This document shows, piece after piece, positions 54,575-63,693 of a stretch of 64,000 nt of DNA (within the stretch, counting starts at the first letter, position 1; each line of letters begins with the position of its first letter). The notes beneath the pieces were generated by a model that was not told the DNA's origin, ran no database searches, and saw only the letters and a list, made by a program, of their open reading frames with translations. The DNA comes from a virus (taxonomy: Duplodnaviria; Caudoviricetes), in IMG/VR virus record IMGVR_UViG_3300043666_000001, positions 9,483-73,482 of that record; one strand, 5' to 3'. The position numbers were made by a program, and so were the translations under genes.

Positions 54575-54582
54575 TCTTGCCT

Positions 54583-55128
54583 CTAACTTGATAGCAAAAC
54601 ATCCACAACAGTTCCACCACAATCAAGCCTGATTCTCCCCCCCACCAGCTTAGGGTTACCCAACCCCTCAACTTGCTGAGATGTTACCTTACCTGCAAGG
54701 TATTGTGTGATAATATCTGTTGCCTGTACCCGTAGGGTATGATATGGGCAAATACTCACCTCAACACTGTACCCCTGGCGTTTAGTGGAGGTGCGCTGTG
54801 AGACCTCAAACCTTAGCATTTGATTGCTGTCATCCTTTAGCCCTAGGACCTCTGTTATGGAGTCCCTGACTCCTTTGAGGGCAGAGTAAAGATTGTCATC
54901 ATCCAGCCCTTTGCTGGGGGCAACACGGGTCATCTTGATGAGCACTGGTTGAAATAATCTCCCATCCACAATAAAGAAAGGGCGCCTTTCACTCAAGGCA
55001 CCCCTCATCGCCCGGCCAATCTCCTCCCGCTCAAAAGCAACACGCTTTGCCTTGACCCTGTAATGTTCCCTACTATTGACAAGGCACACGGTTTTAAGTT
55101 TAGCTGTAAAGGAGAACATGTGGCTCAT
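54583..55128 (-). CDS. RusA-like Holliday junction resolvase
   Basis: LDDDNLYSALKGVRDSITEVLGLKDD acidic motif. Confidence 0.65.
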   Translation of the reverse strand: MSHMFSFTAKLKTVCLVNSREHYRVKAKRVAFEREEIGRAMRGALSERRPFFIVDGRLFQPVLIKMTRVAPSKGLDDDNLYSALKGVRDSITEVLGLKDDSNQMLRFEVSQRTSTKRQGYSVEVSICPYHTLRVQATDIITQYLAGKVTSQQVEGLGNPKLVGGRIRLDCGGTVVDVLLSS

Positions 55129-55189
55129 ATAACATATTTGTAGTCCTTTGCAAAGTGCTTCTGAAAATACTCTTCCCTCTCTTTATTCA

Positions 55190-55414
55190 CTAGTTAAAAT
55201 ATAGAAATGAAAGAAATGTTATAATGGTAGTGACTCCACTGTCACCAGTAAGTTGCACGATGGCTTTTAGCTCTTCCTTTTTAATCCAAAAAGACCTAGT
55301 GCCACGAGAGAAACTATACCCACCGTCTGTGAATTTCACCTTCCATGGAAGGATAATTGGTCCATGAGACAACGCAGTATCAAACCCGAGCTGGAGCTTT
55401 TCACTAAGCTTCAT
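55190..55414 (-). CDS. hypothetical protein
   Basis: ATGA overlap at 55414. Confidence 0.5.
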   Translation of the reverse strand: MKLSEKLQLGFDTALSHGPIILPWKVKFTDGGYSFSRGTRSFWIKKEELKAIVQLTGDSGVTTIITFLSFLYFN

Positions 55415-55593
55415 TTTACCAACCCCAACAAGACGACTACTAACGCCACCATCCCAATGGGGATAAGGATGGGGGACATCACCCACACCCAACTCCACGC
55501 GATGTAGTTGGTCAATTTTAGACCAATAAAAAGCACAGTGAGGAGGCCAAAGAACCCAATTCCACTATTTGAACTGCTAGATGTATTACTCAT
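55411..55593 (-). CDS. conserved small phage membrane protein
   Basis: GIGFFGLLTVLFIGLKLTNYIAWSWVWVMSPI; promoter TTGACA-N17-TAATTT (55630-55602) 8 nt upstream of the ATG. Confidence 0.75.
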   Translation of the reverse strand: MSNTSSSSNSGIGFFGLLTVLFIGLKLTNYIAWSWVWVMSPILIPIGMVALVVVLLGLVK

Positions 55594-55720
55594 TGATGTA
55601 TAAATTACTCCAGTCAAACAGAATTGTCAAGACAAAAGGTAGGTCAATCTAGAGTTGCTGATTGGTCAAAGTCTAGACTTACACCAATCCACATAGGTCT
55701 CCATGAGTGGTAGACTGCAA

Positions 55721-55906
55721 TCATTTTATATTCACCCACACTTGACTTAAGCACACTGGACAAGTGAACACCACGGCGCTGCCATCCCTTTGGTCATGTG
55801 TGACTCTGCCATCCTTTTGAAGGGCTTCCACCCTTGAGAGGCACCCATTACAGGTAAATGTATATACTTGTTCGCTAGGAATGATGCCTCGATGAATAAT
55901 CTTCAT
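55721..55906 (-). CDS. zinc-ribbon protein
   Basis: CNGC...CPVC. Confidence 0.7.
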   Translation of the reverse strand: MKIIHRGIIPSEQVYTFTCNGCLSRVEALQKDGRVTHDQRDGSAVVFTCPVCLSQVWVNIK

Positions 55907-56268
55907 TATTGCCCACTACCCCAAGGGTGATGCTCAACTTTCCCAACATGTTCATCACTGAACAATCCCCCCTCAGGGGTAGGTTTCACTGCGCGGGATT
56001 TGGACTTTTTCTTCATGGCAAGTTCAATGCCCTTGGATGCATAATCCACAGGTAGAGATTGAGTTTCAAACTGAATATCTGGGATAATGCTCATTTCCTT
56101 CAGATATTGGATGACCTCTTTTTGACTACCCTGGCAGCGATCAATATAGTAGTCAGGAATGTTCATGGCAATAACCACACGTTTATTTTTGATGCTTTGA
56201 GTGGGGATGTTGTCCTCCCACCATGCGGAGAGACATCTACCATCAAACGCGATATGAAGAACCTTCAT
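55906..56268 (-). CDS. hypothetical protein
   Basis: Overlapping start and stop. Confidence 0.55.
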   Translation of the reverse strand: MKVLHIAFDGRCLSAWWEDNIPTQSIKNKRVVIAMNIPDYYIDRCQGSQKEVIQYLKEMSIIPDIQFETQSLPVDYASKGIELAMKKKSKSRAVKPTPEGGLFSDEHVGKVEHHPWGSGQ

Positions 56269-56993
56269 CGTTTTGGCTCAGAGATGGAGACATTATAGAA
56301 CTTGTGCAACCAACCCTCCTCCAGCTCAAATGTAAACTCTTCACCTATATGGGTCGCACCAATCAAGGCATGCTGACTGTTGCATCTGATTTTTATCGGG
56401 TCATGAAAGCTGGGGGAATCTACAACGAGCCAATATCTACATATTGGCACTTCATAGTGAGCTTCAATGATTTTACCGGAGAATACAATATGATGGGAGA
56501 TTGCATTGCACTTTCGACAATCACCACCATCGGTTGGTGTGATATTGTCACCTGCGGCTGTAGTAGCCATGGTTACTTTTCCAGCGATGTTCCCTATGGC
56601 GTAGAATACGCCATCAACGCTAAATCCAACCCACTGTGATTTTGGAGTGCGATATAGGTTATAGCAGCCAAATGAGTCACTGACAATCTCAATTGTGAAG
56701 CTATTTCCAGCTGGGATAGTGCTATCCCAATATCCGCCAATATTCCATGTTTTATTCAGAACCTCTACCAGCCATTCAGACGATGATATTGGGTTGGCTG
56801 GTTTTGACAGGAACACCCCACCATATGAGATGGTTGGCTTTGGAACATAATTTTTCACTACCTGTTGCTCTGAGGGAGGCAACATGTATCCACACATACA
56901 TGTTACCATAGTGCTATTGTTCACAGTGCTGCACTGACACTTCCAACCAAAACCCCTGGTGTATTGCTGGTCATCCACCAAAAGAATAGTCAT
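56265..56993 (-). CDS. hypothetical protein
   Basis: Start moved to ATG 56993. Confidence 0.55.
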   Translation of the reverse strand: MTILLVDDQQYTRGFGWKCQCSTVNNSTMVTCMCGYMLPPSEQQVVKNYVPKPTISYGGVFLSKPANPISSSEWLVEVLNKTWNIGGYWDSTIPAGNSFTIEIVSDSFGCYNLYRTPKSQWVGFSVDGVFYAIGNIAGKVTMATTAAGDNITPTDGGDCRKCNAISHHIVFSGKIIEAHYEVPICRYWLVVDSPSFHDPIKIRCNSQHALIGATHIGEEFTFELEEGWLHKFYNVSISEPKR

Positions 56994-56994
56994 T

Positions 56995-57387
56995 TTAATC
57001 CCAATCCCCCTCATCTTCACCCTGAAAAACAGTCACACAAGTTCCAGTTCCAGGCATGCGACATAGACCACAGTCACGGCAATGCCAGTTCCCCTCACCA
57101 AGATTATGCATGCTCTCATGGGTAACAAATATCTCCCCATTGTCAATTGCCTTGCACCCACGCATGGGAAGTGGAACTTTAAATGTAACCTTCCCCCACA
57201 CATGTATGGTATCCCCTGGTTCTGAGAGTAGGATAGCATGAGACATAGCCTCCTCAGTGACCTCTTTTGGTGGTAGCCTCCAGCTATCCTCTGTGATGGG
57301 TGTGACCTTCCACTGAAGATTTGCCTGGGATGGGAAGAGTTTACCCTTCAACTTATTGAAGACCTCGCGGAATCTACTCATCCTCAT
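56995..57387 (-). CDS. hypothetical protein
   Basis: In operon after dnaB. Confidence 0.5.
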   Translation of the reverse strand: MRMSRFREVFNKLKGKLFPSQANLQWKVTPITEDSWRLPPKEVTEEAMSHAILLSEPGDTIHVWGKVTFKVPLPMRGCKAIDNGEIFVTHESMHNLGEGNWHCRDCGLCRMPGTGTCVTVFQGEDEGDWD

Positions 57388-58720
57388 AGCCCTCTAGATT
57401 ACGGAATGTAGTAGATTTGGCATCAAACGCAAGGCGAACAATCCCAACCCCACCATTCCTCTGCTTTGCAACACCAACCTCCACTATTCCACGGTCACTG
57501 GACTTTTTGTTATAGTACTCATCCCTGTAGAACATCCAGACATTGTCTGCATCTTGCTCAATGTTGCCAGAGTCACGGAGGTCACTCAACATGGGGCGCT
57601 TATCATCCCTGGACTCACAAGAGCGTGAGAGTTGACAGAGGGTTACCCAGGGGACCTTAAACTCCTTTGCCGCTTGTTTCATCTGCTTGGTAATCTCACC
57701 CACCGCAAGGTCATGTCTATCAGCTTTGGGCATCCTTATCAACCCAAGATGGTCTACTATAACCAACCCCACAGTCAACCCAACCTTTGAGAGCTCAGCT
57801 TGTTTATTTCTTACTGTTGCACATATTGTGCCAATGTCTAGATTACATTTATCGGTGATGTAAATGGGCAGATTGCCTATAAGGGAAACAGCATTGCTTA
57901 ATGCAATTGCATCCTCATCCCTTATTCGATTGCGAAAGACATTTAGACTTTTACCTGCTTCTCCACTCACTGCCCTATCTGCAAGTTGCACATCTGGCAT
58001 CTCCAGGCTGAACACCAATACCGCAAGCCCTTGCTTTGCTACATTGATTGCCAGACTCATAGCTCCCGCGGTTTTCCCCATCCCAGGTCTCCCCGCGATG
58101 ATGGTAAAATCAGTTGGGTTACAGCCACCAGTGCGTTTATCTAATACTGGAAATCCGGTGCTGTAGCCACGGATACTCTTTCCACTAGCAGCAAATGCCG
58201 CATGGTCTTTTATGCTTCTACTGACCGAATCCTTGATGGGCTTTAGTTCAACACTCCCACCACGGGACATCTCCATGTCACTAATCGCTTGGGAGTGAGA
58301 CTCCAGTACCTCATCAATCCCATCTCTCAGCAAATAAAGCTTAGAGGCCGTGAGTTGACATTGCTTAATCATTGCCCTGGCAGAGCTAAACCTCTTTACA
58401 GCCTTGGCATATTCAACAACATTTGCCACATGTGGTGAGGAGTTCAATATGCTGGTGAGGTAGCTAACCCCATTCACCTCCGCAAGTCTACCACACTCCT
58501 TTAGCTCAGTGGCAAGGGTCACAATATCAACCCTCACCCCCTTCTCACATAAACTCACAATAGACTCCATTATACGTCTATGTGAGTTACTGTACATATC
58601 AGTAGGGGAGATTACATCCAGCACTTGAGGTAGGAGTGTATCATCAATCATGATACTTGAGATTACACTGACCTCACTATCAAGATCATGTGGGGGGGGC
58701 AATCCCTCGATATCAATCAT
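57374..58720 (-). CDS. dnaB: replicative DNA helicase
   Basis: PPHDLDSE N-terminus, Walker A AGRPGMGKT, FSLEM, VDHLGL, QLSR, LRDSGNIEQDAD, KQRNG. Confidence 0.95.
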   Translation of the reverse strand: MIDIEGLPPPHDLDSEVSVISSIMIDDTLLPQVLDVISPTDMYSNSHRRIMESIVSLCEKGVRVDIVTLATELKECGRLAEVNGVSYLTSILNSSPHVANVVEYAKAVKRFSSARAMIKQCQLTASKLYLLRDGIDEVLESHSQAISDMEMSRGGSVELKPIKDSVSRSIKDHAAFAASGKSIRGYSTGFPVLDKRTGGCNPTDFTIIAGRPGMGKTAGAMSLAINVAKQGLAVLVFSLEMPDVQLADRAVSGEAGKSLNVFRNRIRDEDAIALSNAVSLIGNLPIYITDKCNLDIGTICATVRNKQAELSKVGLTVGLVIVDHLGLIRMPKADRHDLAVGEITKQMKQAAKEFKVPWVTLCQLSRSCESRDDKRPMLSDLRDSGNIEQDADNVWMFYRDEYYNKKSSDRGIVEVGVAKQRNGGVGIVRLAFDAKSTTFRNLEGYEDE

Positions 58721-59004
58721 GGGTAGAGCTCCCACTCAAGACCCCTGCGAACCTTCCGCACCTTTTCAAGCTCTTTTGCCCTCTTCGGTGTGTCTCTTCG
58801 GTTATTCTCAAGCCAATCTTCTGCTTTGGTGAGCAAATTACACATAATTCTCCGGGTGGGAGCTTGGTGTGAAATATCATCTATCGAGATTTCAAGTCTC
58901 CGTGTTTCACTAAGGACCCAGGAAAGGGCCGATGGGTCAACAAGGCACCCTTTGATGTCCCCCCACCCTCGGACGCGATGGCTAAACTTTGCCAAATTTC
59001 TCAC
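58717..59004 (-). CDS. hypothetical protein
   Basis: Between initiator and helicase. Confidence 0.55.
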   Translation of the reverse strand: MRNLAKFSHRVRGWGDIKGCLVDPSALSWVLSETRRLEISIDDISHQAPTRRIMCNLLTKAEDWLENNRRDTPKRAKELEKVRKVRRGLEWELYP

Positions 59005-59043
59005 GCTTGTTTTTCCCCGGTGACATGAGTGTCAGAAATTGAA

Positions 59044-59847
59044 TCAATCCCCCTCGTCCTCGAACTCTCCCCATCCCCTGGTTGGCTCTTTGCTGCTTTT
59101 CTTCCCGATGTATTTATTCGCATTATTGGCTATGTGTGCAAGTGTAGGGTTATTCTTTACAAACCAATCATCTTGGAATGCACGAGTAATCATAGCCTTT
59201 ATTTCCTCCGGCGCAAAGCTGGCGAGCAATTCATTCGCGGCTTTCCCCTCTCTGGAGTTTATCACCGGCTTCACCCCTTTGCACTCCAAAAACGCACCAT
59301 GAAAGTATGATACCACAACTGAATACCCTGGGTGTGTAGGTGGTTTGCTTTTCTTGGCACTCTTCTTGCTCTTATTCTCAGATTCAGAATTCAGAGAACA
59401 GGTATCAGGGAACAGGGTTGTATCGTATACCCCATGGGATACCCCATAGGGTCCACCATATTTATCAATGAATTCATTGTAGTAGGAGTGATTCTTGAAG
59501 TCCTCCAAATTGTTCAAAATCGCAACACGTTTTGTGTCAGCAGCTTTCAAGGATTCCCCCACTTGATGTAGGGAAAGGTTGGGCACCCACACAATTTCAT
59601 CCACAAAGTCATACTTTAGGAAACCATGTAGTTCAAGACGTTGAAGTGTAGTCTTTGCCTGAAGCTCACCCATGCCAAGTTCACGGCAAATGGTAGAAAG
59701 TGCCAGACTGTATAGTCCAGTCATTCTACTGTCCTTACATGTCATTACATAGAATACCAATGCCTGTGCTGCATGGTCGCCACGGAGAGATTTAGCTGTA
59801 CTCCCATTCCAAAATATAGGTTTAATCACGGCGTATTTCCTCGACAT
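59044..59847 (-). CDS. phage replication initiator protein
   Basis: N-terminal winged HTH (YSLALSTICRELG...LQRLELHG), low-complexity linker, DnaD-like C-terminus; upstream of dnaB. Confidence 0.7.
   Translation of the reverse strand: MSRKYAVIKPIFWNGSTAKSLRGDHAAQALVFYVMTCKDSRMTGLYSLALSTICRELGMGELQAKTTLQRLELHGFLKYDFVDEIVWVPNLSLHQVGESLKAADTKRVAILNNLEDFKNHSYYNEFIDKYGGPYGVSHGVYDTTLFPDTCSLNSESENKSKKSAKKSKPPTHPGYSVVVSYFHGAFLECKGVKPVINSREGKAANELLASFAPEEIKAMITRAFQDDWFVKNNPTLAHIANNANKYIGKKSSKEPTRGWGEFEDEGD
59427..59450. repeat. tandem ATACCCCATRGG x2 inside the initiator gene (candidate iterons)
   Basis: ATACCCCATGGG ATACCCCATAGG; related ATACCCTGGG at 59323. Confidence 0.5.
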
Positions 59848-59853
59848 ACCAAT

Positions 59854-60030
59854 TTATTCCTCAACCCCAATCATATAAAAACTAATCCCCTCAGATTGAA
59901 GAATGCGACGGCACTCCCTCTCCGCTTCCCCAGGGGTAAATGCCTGGATTTTCCTCCACTGCCATTGCCCATGAGGGCCTTTTTTCATTCCCAGGCAATC
60001 GTAGTAATTCACCGTGTAGGTGTGACTCAT
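59854..60030 (-). CDS. 58-aa hypothetical protein, not in ORF track
   Basis: Begins MSHTYTVNYYDCLGMKKGPHGQWQW; ends 6 nt before the initiator ATG. Confidence 0.55.
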   Translation of the reverse strand: MSHTYTVNYYDCLGMKKGPHGQWQWRKIQAFTPGEAERECRRILQSEGISFYMIGVEE

Positions 60031-60112
60031 GCTTTATCCCCAGTGAAAATCACAGATGCAAACAATACACCAAAACACCACCCATAACTGAACATGAAAA
60101 TCTCAACACCGG

Positions 60113-60331
60113 TCAATTTGATTTCTCCCTGTGATTTGCTGGGGTATAGGTCCACACCATCCCTGGTCCATAAGAGTTCCTGCTGCGCTCATCGGTCCTA
60201 ATACTCAAGTCTACCTGGCAAAATGAGCAACTTGGATGGAAGGAGGTGTGACCTTTATGTCGATAGCTCAGCCAGCTTATCTCCACATACATTGCAAACA
60301 TCTCAGCAAGATTGATAAGTGCACTTTTCAT
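60113..60331 (-). CDS. hypothetical protein
   Basis: ATGA overlap. Confidence 0.5.
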   Translation of the reverse strand: MKSALINLAEMFAMYVEISWLSYRHKGHTSFHPSCSFCQVDLSIRTDERSRNSYGPGMVWTYTPANHREKSN

Positions 60332-60573
60332 GGAAAAACCTCATGACTCATATCGACTGGACCAATAACATCGAATGTTTTTCGTGGTGTTACCTTGAAT
60401 CCTTTGATATCCCCATTAGGGTATTTTACCAACACGCGCTCTTCATTATCAATGCTAAGTTCAGTGACATGTGCCCATTTCTCAGCTGCTTCCCAGCCAT
60501 ACACTGCCTGTATTTGTCTTGAATAACGTGGACAATGCTCTGCCCATACTAAGAAAGTACTCTCAGTTCCCAT
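60328..60573 (-). CDS. hypothetical protein
   Basis: TAATG overlap. Confidence 0.6.
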   Translation of the reverse strand: MGTESTFLVWAEHCPRYSRQIQAVYGWEAAEKWAHVTELSIDNEERVLVKYPNGDIKGFKVTPRKTFDVIGPVDMSHEVFP

Positions 60574-60707
60574 TACTGCAACTCCCTTGCTTTCTCACTA
60601 TCAACCCATTGCCAAGTATCCATTTGACCTTTCAAAAACCCACGTCTATAGCCAAGACAATACGCAATGCCAACTAGTAAAAATACTGCTATCGCTCCAC
60701 CTGCCAT
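60573..60707 (-). CDS. 44-aa single-TM protein, not in ORF track
   Basis: Begins MAGGAIAVFLLVGIAYCLGYRRGFLKG; overlaps both neighbours. Confidence 0.6.
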   Translation of the reverse strand: MAGGAIAVFLLVGIAYCLGYRRGFLKGQMDTWQWVDSEKARELQ

Positions 60708-61321
60708 CACTTCACATCGCGTTTCTTATTTCGGGGGTGAGCTTTGTGGTCACCGCATGTTTTGGTGTGTCCTGACATCAAGCTCCGTGTAGAGACCTCA
60801 CTTTTTCTACCACAAGAGCATTGACAATCCCATATCTTTGATTTTTTCCGCGGCCCCACAAAGCTCACCACAACCAAATCACCAAACTTTTGACCCATCA
60901 AATCTATCGTCCTAGAGAGCCTCCAGCAATCTCTACATAGAGGTAGAGCGTACATTCTTTTTTTGATTTTCACTGGGTCGGTTGCTTTGCGACTCATCTG
61001 CTTACCACATTCTCGACATTTTGGATTTTTACAGCTTGGGCACCTGAGTGCTTTTTTGCCCTTCGGGCGAATAAATAACAACGCGCAGACCACACATATT
61101 CCTTCAAGGCGCTTCTCTCCCTCCTCGACTGAAAACTCAATGTCTGCACGGGCAAGAACACTCTTTGCCAGCTCCACATCGGTAATGGTTTTGATGGCAT
61201 TGCCGTCTTTATCCACCACCGTTATTTTCCTTGCTCTACCATTATTTGCCCTAGCCCTGATGGGCGCGGCAACAATGGTACCAATTCTCAACCTATCAGT
61301 AAGTTCAAGCTTATCATTCAC
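60707..61321 (-). CDS. zinc-finger protein ending in an HNH-associated N-terminal module, no nuclease domain
   Basis: Several CxxC; DLMGQKFGDLVVV...WDCQCSCG...SGHTKTCG. Confidence 0.65.
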   Translation of the reverse strand: MNDKLELTDRLRIGTIVAAPIRARANNGRARKITVVDKDGNAIKTITDVELAKSVLARADIEFSVEEGEKRLEGICVVCALLFIRPKGKKALRCPSCKNPKCRECGKQMSRKATDPVKIKKRMYALPLCRDCWRLSRTIDLMGQKFGDLVVVSFVGPRKKSKIWDCQCSCGRKSEVSTRSLMSGHTKTCGDHKAHPRNKKRDVK

Positions 61322-61676
61322 GGGATAGCTCCATTAGTTGTGCATGAACCCTTGCGCCTTGAAGGAGGTTGAGTATCCCCTCATGGGTTACTTTGCTCCC
61401 ATGCTCACTCCCCATTCTTGGAGAGAATGCAAGCATGTGTTTTTTAATCTTGATAAACGCGTGCTCATCACCAGTCACCCTAATCGCCGCTCCCTCCACG
61501 CTCCAGGATTTTGCCAGCACATCACATGGGTCACATGAAGATGAGTTGGAACTCCACGCAAACCCCATCCATGCCTTGGCATTGCGGTTACTTAGGTCAA
61601 TCTTCCAGTGACTTGGGTCAAGTAGAAGAATATACATAGCCTGGAATATTTGGCTCGCTAACATGTCACTGTCCAA
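61314..61676 (-). CDS. conserved phage hypothetical protein
   Basis: WKIDLS...AKSWSVEGAAIRV. Confidence 0.6.
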   Translation of the reverse strand: MDSDMLASQIFQAMYILLLDPSHWKIDLSNRNAKAWMGFAWSSNSSSCDPCDVLAKSWSVEGAAIRVTGDEHAFIKIKKHMLAFSPRMGSEHGSKVTHEGILNLLQGARVHAQLMELSRE

Positions 61677-61727
61677 TGCTCAAAAGGGTCCACAGGTTTG
61701 ATAGGAGGTGTCTTGCTCATGTCCTTC

Positions 61728-61755
61728 ACACTAACTCAAAATGGTAGACGGTCAA
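61728..61755 (-). promoter_or_regulatory. sigma70-type promoter for the replication operon, leaderless
   Basis: TTGACC-N16-TAGTGT, ATG 7 nt downstream (61720, 20-aa ORF overlapping the next start); TCTACCA in spacer. Confidence 0.65.
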
Positions 61756-61792
61756 GTAAAAAGATAGAGAAAAAGAATTTGCTGGGTGGGGG

Positions 61793-61821
61793 TTGACTGG
61801 TGGGGGGTGGATTGGTAGCGT
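61793..61821 (+). promoter_or_regulatory. divergent sigma70-type promoter, leaderless
   Basis: TTGACT-N17-TAGCGT, ATG 7 nt downstream (61829). Confidence 0.65.
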
Positions 61822-61828
61822 GTTGGTT

Positions 61829-62161
61829 ATGGGATATTATACAAGTTTCGAGGGCAGTTTTAGTATTACTCCTGAGCCCACAGCAAAACTGCTGCGAGCA
61901 TTTCCTGATAGTGAATATTATGAATGGCACATCTCTAGCAATGATGAACTCCAACCCCCAAGTGAGGGAAAATACCATTACACGGATGAGGCATTAATCG
62001 CATCTCTCAGCAAGCTTGAGGCTATGGGATTCAGGGCAAATGGTGAGGTTACTTGGCAAGGGGAGGATGGGGAGGACCATGGGAAATATGTAGTGAAAAA
62101 CAATAAGCTCACAATTTATGACTGTGTACGCACTTACACTGTAAGGAAGGCAAAGAAGTGA
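61829..62161 (+). CDS. conserved phage hypothetical protein
   Basis: MGYYTSFEGSF...NGEVTWQGEDGED; start moved to the leaderless ATG. Confidence 0.7.
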   Translation: MGYYTSFEGSFSITPEPTAKLLRAFPDSEYYEWHISSNDELQPPSEGKYHYTDEALIASLSKLEAMGFRANGEVTWQGEDGEDHGKYVVKNNKLTIYDCVRTYTVRKAKK

Positions 62162-62259
62162 ATCAATTTATCAGTGATAACTTTGAATGGATTTTGCTTG
62201 GGTTGCTTGGCATAGTCATTGCCTTTGCGCCCTATAACCCAAGGAATTACGATGAATGA
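62158..62259 (+). CDS. 33-aa single-TM peptide, not in ORF track
   Basis: MNQFISDNFEWILLGLLGIVIAFAPYNPRNYDE; overlaps both neighbours. Confidence 0.45.
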   Translation: MNQFISDNFEWILLGLLGIVIAFAPYNPRNYDE

Positions 62260-62743
62260 CACCCCTATTCAAGCAACAGTAAAGCTCATGCATTGTTGTG
62301 AAATGAATGATGAGTTTTCCCTATACTCCATCTACACAAATGAGAAAACCGCACGACTTGTTAAAGTGGTAGCACCTACTGGAAAATATGCTAAGGGTGA
62401 GATGGTGTTATTCTGGGATGATGGGATGAAAAAAGATGGTAATTTTGTGAAACACAGGAAGGTGTGGGGTGAGCGGAGTGCTGGGGAGGTAGAGAAACTC
62501 TCCTGTCATTGTGGCAAAACCAATAACCCCATTATGTGTGATACCTGTAATCCAGGTGAGTCTAAAATCCCTTGCGTTGAATATGGCGTTGAACTAGGCT
62601 GGTGCAAGTGTGGTGCCTCCACTGACCCCTCGGATACTCATAAGTGCGGTAAAGCTCAATGGCACCTTGGTGGGGTCAATGAGTTCCGTGTTGATGGCTC
62701 TAAACCAGGTGGCCAAGCGTTTATTGCTGCGGTGAAGAAATGA
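62252..62743 (+). CDS. Cys-rich hypothetical protein
   Basis: CHCG and CKCG motifs; start moved to 62252. Confidence 0.55.
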   Translation: MNDTPIQATVKLMHCCEMNDEFSLYSIYTNEKTARLVKVVAPTGKYAKGEMVLFWDDGMKKDGNFVKHRKVWGERSAGEVEKLSCHCGKTNNPIMCDTCNPGESKIPCVEYGVELGWCKCGASTDPSDTHKCGKAQWHLGGVNEFRVDGSKPGGQAFIAAVKK

Positions 62744-62764
62744 AGCAAGAAAGGGCCTGGGGCT

Positions 62765-63001
62765 TTGATGTACGCTGAGATATTCTTTGATATCTATGAT
62801 GGTGAGACCAGTGTTGGCATAACCACAACCATTCAAGGCCCAGGAGCTGAAAATATACTCAGCTATGTAGAGGGAACTTTTCTGGACATTGGCATGGGGA
62901 ATGTCCATGGTATTCAAGTGTCCATTTATGGGTGTGGAATAGTGAATGGGTTTCCACTTTACAGTGTGATCATGTGGGAGTGGGTAAATGAAAACATCTG
63001 A
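62765..63001 (+). CDS. hypothetical protein
   Basis: ORF in operon. Confidence 0.45.
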   Translation: MMYAEIFFDIYDGETSVGITTTIQGPGAENILSYVEGTFLDIGMGNVHGIQVSIYGCGIVNGFPLYSVIMWEWVNENI

Positions 63002-63121
63002 TCTGCAAACTCTAATCTCTGTAGTGATTGTAAGTAATATGACAACAAAAGAACATGCAATAGATGCTGTACAATTCGCACTCATGTGCATTAACACACA
63101 TAGGGGCAACCAGCCCTATAT

Positions 63122-63469
63122 GTGGCACCGAAAGAACCGCAAGTGAGGCTTGTAATTATTGAATCACGTTACGCCGGGGATGTTGAGCTGAATGTTCGTT
63201 ATGCCAGGGCATGTCTAAGGGATAGCCTGCTACGTGGTGAGGCACCCTATGCATCCCATCTCCTCTACACCCAGCCTGGGGTATTGGATGACCTTATCCC
63301 TGATGAGCGCAACCATGGTATCAATGCTGGATTCGCGTGGCGTGCAGTCGCAGAAGCCTCTATCTTCTATGAAGATTTGGGGTATTCCAAGGGAATGATA
63401 CTTGGCCTGGAGCATGCAAGGTTTGTTGGGCAAGTGTGTGAGTTTAGGAAGATTGAGGGGTGGAAATGA
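63122..63469 (+). CDS. conserved phage protein (nucleoside deoxyribosyltransferase-like fold)
   Basis: LVIIESRYAGDVELNVRYARAC...GEAPYASHLLYTQ...DLGYSKGM. Confidence 0.7.
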   Translation: MAPKEPQVRLVIIESRYAGDVELNVRYARACLRDSLLRGEAPYASHLLYTQPGVLDDLIPDERNHGINAGFAWRAVAEASIFYEDLGYSKGMILGLEHARFVGQVCEFRKIEGWK

Positions 63470-63693
63470 CTGATTTTAAACACGTGGGGTGTCATATGCC
63501 AGGGTGTCAAGATAAGCTTTGCCACTATTGCGCCTATGATATGCTTCAAAAGACTGCCAGGGATGAGCGCGAACGCGTTATGGGTATTGTCTTAGAGTAT
63601 CTGGGAGTAAAAGAAAAAGATGAGGAATATCAAGGTCACCCGCTTTGGACGAAGGTCCTCGTGGATGTAGATGAAAGCTACCGTGAGCCATGA
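63466..63693 (+). CDS. small zinc-finger protein
   Basis: CxxPxC...CxxC; paralog of the next gene. Confidence 0.6.
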   Translation: MTDFKHVGCHMPGCQDKLCHYCAYDMLQKTARDERERVMGIVLEYLGVKEKDEEYQGHPLWTKVLVDVDESYREP

